A DNA stretch of 59,071 bases, the filler included, from Sphacelaria rigidula (lineage: Eukaryota), in the NCBI GenBank assembly GCA_964200075.2. It is 6 parts of 6 records of this genome, joined end to end, with 100 filler letters (N's around TTAATTAATTAA, not from the genome) between each part and the next. Parts side by side here need not be neighbours in the genome. Positions count along the whole stretch, not along the records: positions 49,312 to 59,071 come from CAXNAA020007822.1; 5 more parts are not named here. The stretch is one strand, 5' to 3'. Under the pieces are notes generated by a model that searched no databases, had not been told where the DNA came from, and was given only the letters and a program-made list of their open reading frames with translations. Shown one piece after another: positions 57,673-59,071 of this stretch (within the stretch, counting starts at the first letter, position 1; the number at the start of each line of letters is the position of its first letter). Both the position numbers and the translations under genes were made by a program.

Positions 57673-59071
57673 ACTGATTGATTGTCGTGCTTCAACTGAT
57701 TTCCCACGAGTCATGATCCAGCCGCGGATACCAAAACGAAAACACTCGCTGAAGAGAAGTGGAGGAAACAGGGAAATAGAAAAAATTATGTAGACAACTA
57801 TGAGGTAGGAAGAGGAAATAAGAGGGGGAATAAGAAAGATCTCACCGCAATAAAGGCAAGAAGAACAAAAATACTAGAAATGGCCGGCCTCTGCGACATC
57901 GCTTCGGCGGGAAAAGGTTTTGCACAAAAAACCATTGTCATGTACCGAGTCGTAGGAAGGAGAACGATTGTAACATGTATACATGTCGATAACAGTCGAG
58001 AGATGTGATGAGCCAATCCGCGATGCCGGATTGCAAGGCGTGCAACGGGGGAGAGATGTGGTAGTTTTATCCCTCTTGAGACCGCTCAGTTTTTTTTCCA
58101 TTCATTTTTTTTCTCATGTGGGTGTACGTTTTTTAGCAGCATGAGTAAAGCACCGCCTGCAGCTCCCCACTGCAGTGAGGAACTCATCTTCATAGTATGT
58201 TTTTTACGTTGTCGCGAAGTAACCTTTTTTCTGCCGACCGCGAGTCTGAAACAAAAGGGTTGATGCGATGATGAGAAAACCGTTGAAAAAAATACCATTT
58301 TTCACGTGAAGGTTGCGTCCCTCTTTGTTTTCCTCCATTTATACGTGATCGCTTCACGTTCGATGCCTTGGATGCGAACGCCATCTTGGACGCTTGGACG
58401 CCCTTTCTCTTCTCTCAACCGTGCTTACGCATTGATCGTAGAACATTGTCTGACAGAAGCGTTCTCAGAAATTTAAAATTTTGAACAAAGGCTAACCCCT
58501 TAACCCGTTTGGGGCTGAAGCTCACCAACACCACGTTCACGACGTGTTGGTATAATAATATTAAAGTCTGGGAGCGACCTGTCCAATCAGCGCGAGGCGA
58601 AATTTATCGACCACATCAGAACGACCAGTGGGGGGCGTACTCATTTGTTGCTTGCCTTGGTCGTTTGACCATTGACCACGCATCCCTTTCGAGACGGAGC
58701 AAGAACGACCAGTGGGGGGGAGGCTGTTGCCGGGAGTGATGTCACTGCAAAGTTGGTGTACCCTGTCCCTGGCCCACAGAAAAGCCTTCGAAGCAAAAGA
58801 AAGCCTACATTCTCGGGGGCCGGATTCCCGAATTTTTCATCATTTACTTGCATTTAATGTAGGCCCGACCTCCCATCCCCCGATTTTTTTTGGTCACCAT
58901 CCTACAGTAAATCCTAGTTGATAGCACTAACATGTCATGCTCGGGGAAAATGCGGGAATAAATATACTCCACTATGTATGTGGTCATGTTCACAAGGCGA
59001 CTGAATCTGACAACGCTGTGGGACGAGAGACGGAGCTAGAGGCATGAGATCTGCGTATCCCTCTGTCGAAG

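Noticed and set aside
58491..58507. Telomere-like TAACCC repeats
   Set aside because: Only two imperfect units.
242..58921. Most short ORFs in the six-frame track
   Set aside because: Antisense or off-frame shadows of TE genes and repeats, or chance ORFs in GC-balanced DNA.

Overview
Eukaryotic, transposon-saturated DNA, most likely from a brown alga (Phaeophyceae, Ectocarpus-like). That assignment is inferred from the EsV-1-7 repeat gene and a heterokont-type signal peptide with a GF motif. The window is not one locus: it is six unrelated contigs of 9763, 9763, 9763, 9761, 9761 and 9760 bp, sorted by size and joined by 100-nt N spacers carrying TTAATTAATTAA. Contig 1 holds a decayed chromodomain Ty3/Gypsy element with a nested LTR element, and its two ends form an apparently perfect 2571-bp inverted repeat. 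Contig 2 holds a frameshifted gene of about 16 Cys/His (EsV-1-7-type) 37-39-aa repeats, plus nested non-autonomous DNA transposons and foldback MITEs. Contig 3 holds a Gypsy 3' remnant and a near-complete decayed Ty1/Copia interrupted by a MITE with a 4-bp target-site duplication (TSD) and a 2.6-kb CACTA-like element. Contig 4 holds a near-intact Ty3/Gypsy whose integrase ends in a chromodomain plus a second Tudor/PWWP-like module. Contig 5 holds MITEs, a SINE fragment and an RTE-like LINE end. Contig 6 holds a probable first exon of a host gene, a divergent multi-exon (pseudo)gene, a tRNA-derived SINE and hAT-like MITEs. No CRISPR array, rRNA or bona fide tRNA was seen. The best novelty candidates are the modular Cys/His repeat protein with hypervariable positions and the dual chromatin-reader Gypsy integrase.
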